64,000 nucleotides of DNA from Myxococcota bacterium (lineage in GTDB: Bacteria; Myxococcota_A; UBA796; GCA-2862545), in the NCBI GenBank assembly GCA_039208735.1, contig JBCCQY010000007.1, positions 1 to 64,000 on the forward strand, in the 5' to 3' direction. A model generated the notes under the pieces. The model was given only the letters and a program-made list of their open reading frames with translations. It was not told the DNA's origin and did not search any database. Positions 30,658-40,681 of the stretch are shown in pieces. The first letter of the stretch is position 1, and each line of letters begins with the position of its first letter. A program made the translations under genes and the position numbers.

Positions 30658-31709
30658 CCCAGCGCTTTCATCCATTGACCCTTGCCGAAGTGCGCCGAGA
30701 GACCGACGAGGCGGTGAGCATCGGCTTCGACGTGCCCGAAGCGCTTCGCGAGACCTATCGCTTTGTACCGGGCCAATACCTCACCCTCCGCGCGACCATC
30801 GATGGCGAAGACGTTCGTCGAACCTACTCGATCTGCAGTGAGCCCGGCGAACCCCTTCGCGTCGCGATCAAACAGGTGCCGGGCGGGCGCTTCAGCACCT
30901 TCGCCAACCAGCGACTGGCCAAGGGCGAGGTCCTGCAGGTGTTGCCTCCGCAAGGGAAGTTCACCGTGGCCGCGCGCCCCCAAACCGCCCGGCATCACGT
31001 GGCGTTCGCGGCGGGCAGTGGCATCACGCCCATCATGAGCCTGCTGAAGACGCTGCTTCGCCAGGAACCGGAATCCCGGTTCACGCTGTGTTTCGGCAAC
31101 CGGGGCGTTCGCTCCATCCTGTTCCGCGACGAGCTGTGCGATCTCAAGAATCGCTACCTCAACCGACTGGCGATTCATCATTTCCTGAGCCGCGAACGAC
31201 AAGGCACGCCGCTGTACGACGGGCGACTCGACCGACCCCGGATCGAGCGACTCCTCGATACGGTGCTGCCTCCACAGCAAATCGACACCGTGATGATCTG
31301 CGGTCCGGGCGAGATGATCGACGAGACCGAAGCCGCGCTGGTCGCCCGGGGGTTCCCCGCCACCGCCATCGTGACGGAGCGCTTTGGCGTTCCGGTCCGT
31401 GCGGCGCGGGTCGAGCCCCAGAGCGATCACGCCTTTCGTGCCGAGATCACGCTGGACGGCGTGCGCACCCGCGTGGCGGGTCAGGCCGGCGAAACCGTCC
31501 TCGACGCGGCCATCCGAGCCGGTCTCGATTTGCCGTTTGCGTGCCGAGGCGGCGTATGCTCGACGTGTCGGGCCCGGCTCGTGGCGGGTCAAATCCAGCA
31601 TGCGGTCAACTACGCCCTCGAACCCTGGGAACTCGAAGCGGGCTTCGTGCTTTCGTGCCAGGCTCACCCGCAGTCCTCGCACATCGAAATCGACTTCGAT
31701 CAGACCTAA
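30654..31709 (+). CDS. paaE: Epoxidase reductase subunit E (FAD/NAD plus 2Fe-2S)
   Basis: PGQYLT, RRTYSIC, AAGSGITP, ICGP, CRGGVCSTC..C. Confidence 0.95.
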   Translation: MTQRFHPLTLAEVRRETDEAVSIGFDVPEALRETYRFVPGQYLTLRATIDGEDVRRTYSICSEPGEPLRVAIKQVPGGRFSTFANQRLAKGEVLQVLPPQGKFTVAARPQTARHHVAFAAGSGITPIMSLLKTLLRQEPESRFTLCFGNRGVRSILFRDELCDLKNRYLNRLAIHHFLSRERQGTPLYDGRLDRPRIERLLDTVLPPQQIDTVMICGPGEMIDETEAALVARGFPATAIVTERFGVPVRAARVEPQSDHAFRAEITLDGVRTRVAGQAGETVLDAAIRAGLDLPFACRGGVCSTCRARLVAGQIQHAVNYALEPWELEAGFVLSCQAHPQSSHIEIDFDQT

Positions 31710-31719
31710 GGAGCTTTCC

Positions 31720-32535
31720 ATGAGCGAGTCCATCTTGTTCGATGTCGAGACCGTAGGAGAGCATGCCGCCATCGCGGTGGTGACCCTGAACCGACCCGAC
31801 AAGCTGAACAGCTTCGACAGCGCGATGCAGCAGACGCTTCGCGAGGTGCTCGACAAGGTCGATGAGGCACGAACCAACGGAACGCCACCCGTTCGCGCGC
31901 TCATCTTGACAGGCGCGGGACGAGGCTTTTGCGCCGGACAAGATCTGGCGGACCCCGATTTTCCGCTCGATCCCGGAGGCGATCTCGCGCAACCCATCGA
32001 GCGGTACTACAACCCGCTGGCAAGGCGGGTTCGTGGCCTCGCAATTCCGACGATTGCCGCGGTGAATGGCGTGGCAGCCGGGGCTGGCGCCAACCTTGCG
32101 CTGTGCTGCGACATCGTGGTGGCGGCACGGTCGGCCAAGTTCGTGCAGCCCTTCAACCGTCTGGGTGTCGTGCCCGACACGGGCGGCACCTTCACCCTGC
32201 CTCGCCGAGTGGGCCAAGCCCGAGCCCGGGCCCTCATGCTCCTCGGAACGCCACTGCCCGCCGAACAGGCGCGGGATTGGGGCATGATCTGGGACGTCGT
32301 CGACGATGCGGCGCTGGCGGCCCACGCCCGCGAACTCGCCACTTCGCTGGCCCAGCTTCCGACGGCAGGACTCGCCCTCATCAAGCGCGCCCTCGACGCC
32401 TCGCCGGATCAGACGTTCGACCAACAACTCGACCTGGAGCGGGACCTCCAGCGCGAAGCCGGCCAAACGGACGACTTTCGGGAGGGCGTGGCGGCGTTTC
32501 TCGAGAAGCGAAAGCCCCAGTTCCGCGGACGCTAG
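31720..32535 (+). CDS. paaG: 2-(1,2-epoxy-1,2-dihydrophenyl)acetyl-CoA isomerase (crotonase fold)
   Basis: LNRPDKLNSF, GAGRGFCAGQDL, YNPL, AVNGVAAGAGANLAL, PDTGGT. Confidence 0.93.
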   Translation: MSESILFDVETVGEHAAIAVVTLNRPDKLNSFDSAMQQTLREVLDKVDEARTNGTPPVRALILTGAGRGFCAGQDLADPDFPLDPGGDLAQPIERYYNPLARRVRGLAIPTIAAVNGVAAGAGANLALCCDIVVAARSAKFVQPFNRLGVVPDTGGTFTLPRRVGQARARALMLLGTPLPAEQARDWGMIWDVVDDAALAAHARELATSLAQLPTAGLALIKRALDASPDQTFDQQLDLERDLQREAGQTDDFREGVAAFLEKRKPQFRGR

Positions 32536-32538
32536 GCG

Positions 32539-34296
32539 TCAGCGGGGGTGCCCCATCATCGAAAACGACGCCCAGACCGCGGGCGAAGCGCCCTGCTGCC
32601 GCAGATCGTCCGCCGCCCGACGAAGCGCCTCGGCGGGAGGCACCGCCTCGAGATGCGACAAGAACGACAGCATGAGGGCTTGGGTGCCTTCGTCGTCCAC
32701 GTTCCAGAGGCTCATCACTACGCGAGGCACTCCAGACTTGTAGAACGACCTCGCGAGTCCGATGGTACCGGCGTCGACGTCTTGTCCCAGACCGGTCTGG
32801 CAAGCCGACAGCACCGCCAATCGCGCCTTTCGTAGGTCCGCGGTGAGCACCTCGACCGCGGTCCACGGTCCCTGATTCAGCGCGATGAAGCTATCCCACA
32901 GAGGGGCCTTTCGATCCGCCACCCCGTGGGTCGCAAGGTAGATCAAATCAGCGTTCTGGACCCCCGTGAGCACCCGGTCTCGCGTGGCCGCCTCCCCGAC
33001 CCACGCCTGCCCCCGAACGCGCGAAGCCACCGCCCGAGCCTCGGCTGCGGCCCCCGGCAAGGCGGGGAAGTCCCAGTCGGGAAAGTCACGGCTCGATAAA
33101 GTGGGATCTCCCACGATCAGCGGTGACGAAAACTCGGCCGACCACGCAGGTGGTGCGTCGGCCAATGCGACCAAATCGGGCGCGACGGTGACCGAATGGG
33201 AGGCCACGAACGGCTGCCCATCCACCTCAAGGGCGAACCACGGCAGTCGCCCGAGCGACCGCGTCGGCACGATCACGAGACTGTCCACGACCCCCAGCCG
33301 TTCCTGAACCACGCGGGGCAACACGGCGCTCGCCACCGCAGCGGACGATGCGGGAGGCACCTCGGGGGGCGCTCGAAGCAGGCCTCGCGGCGCCGGAGAC
33401 CGACTTACGGCATTGCCTCCCGCAAGGGCCACCACCATTCCGTCGGTGAGGGGATCGATCTCGCTCGGAGACAGCTCAAGCCGGGTGGCCACCGCCGGTC
33501 GGCCGGCCTCGTACCACGCGGCCATCAGGGCCCCTTCGACCTCGGCGTACACGAGGAGACCTGCCTCGGGGGGCAGCGCGAAAGCCTCGCGAGGCGGAGC
33601 GCCACCTTCGCCGGGAGCATGCACGCGTCCCAGCACCATTTCCGCCGGCAATGGCTGGCCATGGGCGTGAAGCAGGCGAGCCAGCGTGAGACGCTGCCGG
33701 TTTTCGTTGTTGAGCAACGTCGTGAGGGCCTTGGCCTGGACGTTGTCGGGGCTCTCCCACGCGATGGTTCGAGCCGCCTGGTACATCACCGTATCTTCGA
33801 GGATCTGCGGTTCTCGGGTGCCCACAACGCGCATCAGGATGTCACCCGGTTTGCCCGCCGCAACACACATGGACAGCGTCTTGCCAGGCGCAACGTGGTC
33901 GACCAGGTCCTCGATGAACAGGCCATCTTCACGGTACTCGATGAGGTGAGGAATGAACGGCTCATCGCTCACATTCTCAATGGTGAGTTCGAACTGGGTT
34001 CCCGTGGGACTCTCGACCACGCTTTGGGGGGTTCCTTGGCCCTTGCAACCGTGCGCTTCAGCCGAGGCCGCCCGAAGCTTCACGGCGAACACCTGGGCTT
34101 CGTACACCTCGGCCCGAGACCGGATCTGCTGGCCTTTGGCGTTGATGAGTTCGAGCCCCACCTGCCCAGCCAGCCGCAGCGGATCCGGCGCTTCGTAGGC
34201 CGCAGGCGCGGTCGGGGCCGGCGAAGCGACAGGGGACCGCCCGCAGCCGAGCAAGGCCCCCACCGCGGCCATCCCGATGGCGTAGAACCGAGTCAT
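32539..34296 (-). CDS. CHAT-domain (caspase HetF-associated) lipoprotein
   Basis: Lipobox LLGC; LPGAAAEA, IYLATHG (His), VLSACQTG (Cys), SLWNVDD, WASF; ATGA overlap with the S9 gene. Confidence 0.88.
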   Translation of the reverse strand: MTRFYAIGMAAVGALLGCGRSPVASPAPTAPAAYEAPDPLRLAGQVGLELINAKGQQIRSRAEVYEAQVFAVKLRAASAEAHGCKGQGTPQSVVESPTGTQFELTIENVSDEPFIPHLIEYREDGLFIEDLVDHVAPGKTLSMCVAAGKPGDILMRVVGTREPQILEDTVMYQAARTIAWESPDNVQAKALTTLLNNENRQRLTLARLLHAHGQPLPAEMVLGRVHAPGEGGAPPREAFALPPEAGLLVYAEVEGALMAAWYEAGRPAVATRLELSPSEIDPLTDGMVVALAGGNAVSRSPAPRGLLRAPPEVPPASSAAVASAVLPRVVQERLGVVDSLVIVPTRSLGRLPWFALEVDGQPFVASHSVTVAPDLVALADAPPAWSAEFSSPLIVGDPTLSSRDFPDWDFPALPGAAAEARAVASRVRGQAWVGEAATRDRVLTGVQNADLIYLATHGVADRKAPLWDSFIALNQGPWTAVEVLTADLRKARLAVLSACQTGLGQDVDAGTIGLARSFYKSGVPRVVMSLWNVDDEGTQALMLSFLSHLEAVPPAEALRRAADDLRQQGASPAVWASFSMMGHPR

Positions 34297-36710
34297 CGGG
34301 AGGCGCTGGCTTGGTCCGACGAACCCTTCACATGCTCGTCGAACCACCGTAGCTGCTCCCACAACACGTGCTCGATGCTCTCGCGGGCTCGGTAGCCGTG
34401 GTCTTCGAAGGGCAACAACACGAGCCGTGCCGTGCCACCGGAGCCCCGGACCGCCTCGAAGAACACCTCGGACTGAAAGGTCAGGGTGCCGGGGTTGGAA
34501 TCGGCCCCGCCGTGAATGACGAGTACGGGCTCATCGACCTGGTCGGCGAAGAACGTTGGCGAAACCTGGATGTAGGTGTCGCGTGCCTCGAATAGCGTGC
34601 GTCGCTCGGACTGAAAGCCGAAGGGCTGCGTGGTCTTGTTGTACGAACCGCTCCGGGCGATGCCCGCCTTGAACAAGTCGGTGTGGGCGAGCAGGTTCGC
34701 CACCATCAGCCCCCCGTGGCTGTGGCCCACCACTCCGATCCGCTCAGGGTCGGCCACCCCGATTTCAATCGCTTTCGCCACCGCCGCCTCGGCGTCGGCG
34801 ACCAATTGATCGACAAAGGTGTCATAGACGGTTTCGGGGTCCCCCACCATCGGCATCGCCGTGCGGTGCAACACCGCGTAGCCCTGGAGCAAGAAGAACA
34901 TGTGAGATGCACCACCCATGCGCTCGAACCGATTGCTCGAGCCCCTCACCTGACCCGCCGTGCTCGGGTCCGAGTACTCGAGCGGGTAGGCGTACACCAC
35001 GGTCGGCAGTTTCTCGCCTTCTTGGTAGCCCGGCGGGAGGTACAGCTGGAAGGACAACGGAACGCCATCCTCCCGCTCGTACTTGACGATTCGCTTCTGG
35101 ATCTGGCGGAGCTGCGGGGTCGGGTCCGTAAACCGGGTGACTGGCGTCCGCTCCTGCGCCCAGCTCGCCTCACCCGCCTCCGCCTCGATGCGCTCCGTCA
35201 GGGTAGCAAGGTGGTAATTCGGAACTTCGGTCGGAGATTCAGAGCGAATGATGAACCGATCTTCACCGCCGGCAAACGCGGTGAACGTCTCAAACCGTTC
35301 CGCGTCGGCCCGAAACAGTCGTTCAACCTTCCCTGTCTTCATGTCACGCAGATCGAGGAAGGGACGGTCTCCCTGGGCGGTCGCCCCCGCACCACTGAAG
35401 TAGACCGCATTGCCCTTCTGGCGCAGCACCCACTGTCCGTTGTCGAGCGGACGATAGCGAGGCCGACCCGGCGACTGGTACCGGTCCTTTTCGTTGAGGT
35501 CGAACCAGGCTCGCGCCTTGCCGGTGTCGACGTTGAGAAGGTGCGTGTAGCGCCAACGTCGCATGCGTTCGCGTTCCGTGATCATCAAGGTCGACCCGTC
35601 TTCGGTCCATCCACCGCTCGAGATGATGCGATGCTTGGCCTTCCAGACCTGACGCGGGTTGCGCTTGAACGGAGCCTCGAGGCGCATCAGCCGGTCACGG
35701 TAGCGCGCTTCGGCCATGGGATCGCCGCCGTCGAGCGCCTCGACCCAGTACAGCGTGTGAGGCGCCGTCGCTCGCCAGGACACGGCGCGTGGCCCTTCGG
35801 CCACCCCTTGGATGGGCACCTCGTCCGCCACCGGAAGCGACGCCACGGTCGCAATTCGCTTGCCCCGCTTGTTCCAGACCTCGATCTCACTCGCAAACCG
35901 CCACCACGGCACCGCATGCGACCACGGGCCGACCAAACGCTCCACCAGCACGTACTTGCCATCCGGAGAGGGCTCAGCGGTGGCAAACACCGCCGGATCG
36001 CCAAGCGCCGTCCGTTTGTCCTTGCGGGGATCGAGGACGATCAGCTGCGAGGTTGCGTAGTAGTCGAACAGCGCATCATCGTGCGCGGTGACCAACAGGT
36101 TGCGCGATTCGTAGGTCGACCGGGCAGTGTCGCCACGACCTTCGAGCACTTCGGGACCGGCCGGGATCGGGGGAGGCGCAGGTTCGGCGCCGCGCTCCGG
36201 CACGGAAAGAATGAGCAGCCGCTCTTGGTCCGGCATCCACGACACGGCCCCGCCCATCGTGGGGTTGAGCACGAGATCCGGAATTTCTTTCAGGGTTCCT
36301 GTGACATCGCCCACCCACAACCTCACGTGGTCGGCGTGTTCGACGGTCAGCGCAAACTGCGTCCCATCAACGGTCCAGGCGACGGAATGCACCTCCGCCC
36401 CGTCCGGCAGATCCAGCGCTTGCTCAGCGCCGGTGTTCACCTCGACGAGGCGAGGGGAGGTAGCCCCCTGACGTCCGTGACGAAGGCCCAACCCCGGTTT
36501 GACACGAATCCCCGCAAGTTCGTGCCACCCTGCAGCGTACTCCGACAACGGTGGGTAGGTCACCGGATCGGCGAGAAGGAGATGATCGCCAGGGGGGGAA
36601 CTCCACACCCACGGCAGCGACGGGGCGTGCAGCACATCGAGGACCTCCTGCGGAGGCGACTGCCATTCCGTGGCGACCGCGGAGGTGGACAACAGCAACG
36701 ACAACAACAC
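34293..36710 (-). CDS. Exported S9-family (prolyl oligopeptidase-like) serine peptidase
   Basis: Signal peptide; LYLPPGY, GHSHGG, GIARSG.YN, HGGADSN, EDHGY. Confidence 0.92.
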   Translation of the reverse strand: MLLSLLLSTSAVATEWQSPPQEVLDVLHAPSLPWVWSSPPGDHLLLADPVTYPPLSEYAAGWHELAGIRVKPGLGLRHGRQGATSPRLVEVNTGAEQALDLPDGAEVHSVAWTVDGTQFALTVEHADHVRLWVGDVTGTLKEIPDLVLNPTMGGAVSWMPDQERLLILSVPERGAEPAPPPIPAGPEVLEGRGDTARSTYESRNLLVTAHDDALFDYYATSQLIVLDPRKDKRTALGDPAVFATAEPSPDGKYVLVERLVGPWSHAVPWWRFASEIEVWNKRGKRIATVASLPVADEVPIQGVAEGPRAVSWRATAPHTLYWVEALDGGDPMAEARYRDRLMRLEAPFKRNPRQVWKAKHRIISSGGWTEDGSTLMITERERMRRWRYTHLLNVDTGKARAWFDLNEKDRYQSPGRPRYRPLDNGQWVLRQKGNAVYFSGAGATAQGDRPFLDLRDMKTGKVERLFRADAERFETFTAFAGGEDRFIIRSESPTEVPNYHLATLTERIEAEAGEASWAQERTPVTRFTDPTPQLRQIQKRIVKYEREDGVPLSFQLYLPPGYQEGEKLPTVVYAYPLEYSDPSTAGQVRGSSNRFERMGGASHMFFLLQGYAVLHRTAMPMVGDPETVYDTFVDQLVADAEAAVAKAIEIGVADPERIGVVGHSHGGLMVANLLAHTDLFKAGIARSGSYNKTTQPFGFQSERRTLFEARDTYIQVSPTFFADQVDEPVLVIHGGADSNPGTLTFQSEVFFEAVRGSGGTARLVLLPFEDHGYRARESIEHVLWEQLRWFDEHVKGSSDQASASR

Positions 36711-36836
36711 GAGCGCTCCCTCGAAACGGACTCGATTGTCTAACGAACGAAATGCATGTAGGGAACCGCAGGCTCAAGACCCCTGCGCCAGATACCACGC
36801 CGCGAGATGGATAAAGGTGCAAACGGAGCAACGGAG

Positions 36837-39560
36837 ATGGCGACGGACTCCATCTGGACGGTGATCGACGGTGAGGTCGACCTGAACCGGGGCGTTGTGG
36901 TGCGCCAGGGCGACGTGCACACCTTGACTACCCGCGAGCTTCAACTCCTCCGCTATCTCGTCACGAATGAGGGCGAAGCTGTGCATCGGGACGCTCTGCT
37001 ACGGGACGTCTGGGGATACCAGGGACGAATTCCCTCCACCCGGGCCCCCGACTTTGCGGTCCGCCGGCTGCGCAGCAAGATCGAACCCGACCCCTCGAAC
37101 CCTCAGCTCCTGCTTACCGTGCGGAACCATGGGTATCGGCTGGTTCGCCCCGCGACTACGGACCCGACCAGCCTCCCCATCAAGCCACAGCCACCTCAAT
37201 CAAGTCTGCCCCACCAGCATGATTCCTTCGTGGGTCGCCGTGAGTTGCTGGAGCAATTGCAGAACAGCCTTGCGCACACCACGGTCGTGACGCTGCTTGG
37301 TCCGGGAGGCTCGGGCAAGACCCGCATGGCCGTCCAATACGCCACCCTGCAAGCCGAAGAAGTCTGCTTTTGCGAGCTGTCCGGCATCGAGGATGTGGGC
37401 GGCCTGATGGCTTGTGTGGCGCATGTGCTCGGCGTGAGCACCCCAGACCCGGACCGAGATTCCTTGGGCCAAGTGCTTGAGGGAAGAGGCAAGGTCCTCG
37501 TCATCTTGGATGGCGCAGAAGGGCTGGCTTCAACGCTGAACGAACGGGTGGCCCACTGGCGCAGTCAAGCTCCCCAGGCTCGTTTCCTGCTCACGAGTCG
37601 GGTTCGGTTCCGGATGCCAGGGGAATTGGCACTGTTCGTGGGCCCGCTTGCGCCCGAAGAAGGGGCGGCCTTGTTCCGCGAGCGTGCGCGAACCGCAGGT
37701 GCTCCGCCGATCGGACCTGCCCATGAGCGCGCCCTGTCGGAACTCGTCTACCTCCTCGATGGGCTACCCCTTGCCATCGAACTCGCGGCCGCCCGAAGCC
37801 CCGTTCTGTCGCTCGAGGGGCTCGTGGCCAAGATGAGCGAACGCTTCAAGCTGCTCACCGAACGACGCGGCACGGGCTCCCACGCCACACTGCGAGCGGT
37901 CCTCGAAGCGTCCTGGTCGCGAACCGATGCCGAGTGCCGAGAGGCCCTGGCCCAGCTTTCCGTCTTTCCCGGTAGCTTTACCCTCGAAGCTGCCGAGGCG
38001 GTGGTCCGCGTCGAAAACGCCTGGACGATGGATCTGTTGGAACGCCTTGTTGATCAGAGCTTGGTGCGACTGCAGGACCGGGGACGTTTTCGCATGTTGC
38101 ACTCGGTTCGCGAGTTTGCTGCGGAGCACCTCGACGACCCCATCGCAGCGGAAGTCCGACACGGCCGCTACTACGCCGGCCTCGACGCCGAGCCCAACGC
38201 CATCGAAACCACCCAACCGGTGCTCGGCATCCGTCGCTTGGCGATGACCAACGAGCGTGAGAACCTCGTAACGGCCTGCCGAAGAGCCGTCGCCCGAGGC
38301 GATGGCGAGGTCGCACCCCAGGTCTTGAGCTGGCTCACCCATGTCGTGTCCATGCAGGGTGGGCGAGCCTTGCTTCGGGAGTTGACAGATCTGGTGGCCA
38401 CGGTGCCTGGCCTCACCCCCATCGGACAAGCCGCCATCGAAGGAGCCCGGGGCCTGCTGAAGGAGCTCAGCGCCCCCACCGAGACGATTCAACATTGGCG
38501 CGCGGAGCGGGACCTCAGCCTCGCCGGCGGACATGCCTACCGCGCCACAGGAGCGCTGGTGAGGTTGGCCCACAAGGTTCGCTGGCTGCAGGGCCACGAC
38601 GAGGCACGAGCCCTCTACAACCAGGCCATTGCCGAGGCTCAGGCCGTAGGCGCAGCTGAACTCGAAGCGCGGGCCCTCCACGGGTTGGGCCAGATTGCGC
38701 TTACGGAGTGGAAGCTGTCCGAGGCCAAAGAGTGGATGCAGCGCGCCATCGCGAGAAGCCGGGAAGGCCACCATCCGGCCTACGAAAGCCGCATTCAGTC
38801 CACGTTGGCCAAGCTGTCCGCAGCCCTTGGCGACCCGGAGCGCGCCGAACGGCTGCTACTCCGCGCCTTAGAGACCGCGGACCGGTACGGCGAAAGTGTT
38901 CATGCCGCGAGACTCGAGTGCGACATCGGCATGATGCGCCATATGCAGGGCGCGTTCGATGCTGCGACCGAGGCACTCGACCGGTCCCTGGAATCGGCTC
39001 GACGCCTGGGCTGCAGCCCCACCACCATCGCCACCGTCATCATCCGAAAGGCGTTTGGAGCCCTACTCCAAGGGAAGGACAACGAGGCCCGTGACCTTGC
39101 CGAACAGGGGCTCCAACGCATCGCCGGCTTCGCCCCTTCGTACCAGCAGGGATTAGGCCACTACATCGTCGCCATGGTGAGTCACCGTCGCGGAGAGGAG
39201 TCCCTCGCGGCGCAGGCGTGGCAACGGGGCATTGAGATCTGTGAAGCGGTCAACGAACCCTTGATTGCAGGCCATCATCGGTTGGCACGAGCCAGCCACC
39301 ATGCCTCACAGGGTCGCTTTGGGGCGGCTCACGCCGACCTCGACGCGGTCAAACAGACCCCTGCGAAATTCGATGATGGCTTTTTGTGGTCGCGTTGGTT
39401 GGCCGTGAAGGCCGAGGTCACCTGGTTGGAGGGCAACCACGACGCGGCCCATGAGTGGTTGGCCCAAGCCGAAGCAAAGCGGTGGCCCATGCGCTTCGAC
39501 GCCACGTCCGAGATCGAACGCGTGCGACGGATCCTTGCAGGGACCGCAACGACCCCATAG
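36837..39560 (+). CDS. Winged-HTH (OmpR-type) plus STAND/NB-ARC-like ATPase plus TPR regulator
   Basis: LTTRELQLL..LLRDVWGY..RLRSKIEPDP..P..LLTV..GY; FVGR, GPGGSGKT, LDGLPLAIELAAAR; TPR tail. Confidence 0.88.
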   Translation: MATDSIWTVIDGEVDLNRGVVVRQGDVHTLTTRELQLLRYLVTNEGEAVHRDALLRDVWGYQGRIPSTRAPDFAVRRLRSKIEPDPSNPQLLLTVRNHGYRLVRPATTDPTSLPIKPQPPQSSLPHQHDSFVGRRELLEQLQNSLAHTTVVTLLGPGGSGKTRMAVQYATLQAEEVCFCELSGIEDVGGLMACVAHVLGVSTPDPDRDSLGQVLEGRGKVLVILDGAEGLASTLNERVAHWRSQAPQARFLLTSRVRFRMPGELALFVGPLAPEEGAALFRERARTAGAPPIGPAHERALSELVYLLDGLPLAIELAAARSPVLSLEGLVAKMSERFKLLTERRGTGSHATLRAVLEASWSRTDAECREALAQLSVFPGSFTLEAAEAVVRVENAWTMDLLERLVDQSLVRLQDRGRFRMLHSVREFAAEHLDDPIAAEVRHGRYYAGLDAEPNAIETTQPVLGIRRLAMTNERENLVTACRRAVARGDGEVAPQVLSWLTHVVSMQGGRALLRELTDLVATVPGLTPIGQAAIEGARGLLKELSAPTETIQHWRAERDLSLAGGHAYRATGALVRLAHKVRWLQGHDEARALYNQAIAEAQAVGAAELEARALHGLGQIALTEWKLSEAKEWMQRAIARSREGHHPAYESRIQSTLAKLSAALGDPERAERLLLRALETADRYGESVHAARLECDIGMMRHMQGAFDAATEALDRSLESARRLGCSPTTIATVIIRKAFGALLQGKDNEARDLAEQGLQRIAGFAPSYQQGLGHYIVAMVSHRRGEESLAAQAWQRGIEICEAVNEPLIAGHHRLARASHHASQGRFGAAHADLDAVKQTPAKFDDGFLWSRWLAVKAEVTWLEGNHDAAHEWLAQAEAKRWPMRFDATSEIERVRRILAGTATTP

Positions 39561-39581
39561 GCCCTCCCCTGGAGGAAAGCG

Positions 39582-40637
39582 GTGGATGCTCCACAGCTAA
39601 CGACCCTTCGGGACTATGTGGGCCGAGGGTTGCTGTCCGCCCATGAGCAAGACGGGCTCGTCATCTTCAACTACACGCCTCGAACCATCTACGAACGGGC
39701 TTGGGATGTGGTCACGCTCCAAGCGCGGGGCCTCGTATTGGACGGCTCGACGGGAACGGTGCACGCTCGGCCGTGGCCCAAGTTTTTCAACCACAACGAA
39801 CCGGATGGTCACGTTCCGGACGGTGAGCCCAACGAAGTCACGATGAAGCTCGATGGGTCGTTGGGGATTGGGTACGTCGATGCGACGGGAACCCCTCGAT
39901 TCGCCACCCGCGGCCGATTCGATTCCCCTCAGGCTCAGACCGCAGAAGCGCTTTGGGCACGCGACCACTCCGGCCGTCGTTGGCCCGAGGCCGTCACTCC
40001 ACTTGTCGAAATCATCGACCCTTCGACCAAGGTCATCGTGCAATACGAATGGTCCGGACTCGTGCTCCTTGGCGTACGAGACCACAATGGGGACGATTGG
40101 CTACGGTCCGACGTGGAGACGCTTGCCAAAGACCTGGCCATGCGGGTGGTCGAAAGCGCACCGCTCGATCGTGCGGCCCTGACGGCCGCCGCCCAGGAAT
40201 TGGACCATCGCACGGAGGGATTTGTTGCGCGCTGGGGGTCCCCCAAGGCCGCCCACCGCGTGAAGTACAAATCCGCCGCCTACTTGGCGCTCGCGCGCGT
40301 GCTTTCGGGCATCACCGAGCGGTTCGTCGGAGATTGCTGGATCGCGAGGGTTCAGTTGCCCCCGGACGTTCCTGAAGAAACCCGGCAATGGTTCGATGAT
40401 GTGGTGGCCGACTTCGAAACCGAAGCCCAACGCTTGGCCGCAGAAATCGAAGCGCTGCACAACGCGCTGCGCATGGATCATCCGGGGCGGAAAGCGTTTG
40501 CCATCGCGGCTCGCGCTTATCCCTCCCGCATGGGTCTCCTCATGGCGCGGTACTCGGATCGTCCCCTGGACGTGCGGACGTTCGTCTATCGCGAACGCTT
40601 CGGCAACCACCCTAGGCCGGTTCCCTTGAAGGCGTGA
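39582..40637 (+). CDS. T4 Rnl1-like ATP-dependent RNA ligase
   Basis: IFNYT, ARGLVLD, ARPWPKFFN, motif I KLDGSLG, ATRGRF.S, EGFV, RVKYKS..Y; GGAGG RBS. Confidence 0.85.
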   Translation: MDAPQLTTLRDYVGRGLLSAHEQDGLVIFNYTPRTIYERAWDVVTLQARGLVLDGSTGTVHARPWPKFFNHNEPDGHVPDGEPNEVTMKLDGSLGIGYVDATGTPRFATRGRFDSPQAQTAEALWARDHSGRRWPEAVTPLVEIIDPSTKVIVQYEWSGLVLLGVRDHNGDDWLRSDVETLAKDLAMRVVESAPLDRAALTAAAQELDHRTEGFVARWGSPKAAHRVKYKSAAYLALARVLSGITERFVGDCWIARVQLPPDVPEETRQWFDDVVADFETEAQRLAAEIEALHNALRMDHPGRKAFAIAARAYPSRMGLLMARYSDRPLDVRTFVYRERFGNHPRPVPLKA

Positions 40638-40681
40638 ATTTTCGTCCATCCCCATCGCTTCGCTTGCGATAACGTCATGCC

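Noticed and set aside
34683..36743. 686-aa plus-strand ORF
   Set aside because: Antisense shadow of the S9 peptidase
36837..39560. Avs-type antiviral STAND system
   Set aside because: The N-terminus is an OmpR-type DNA-binding domain, not a nuclease/Sir2/protease effector; fits the common regulator class
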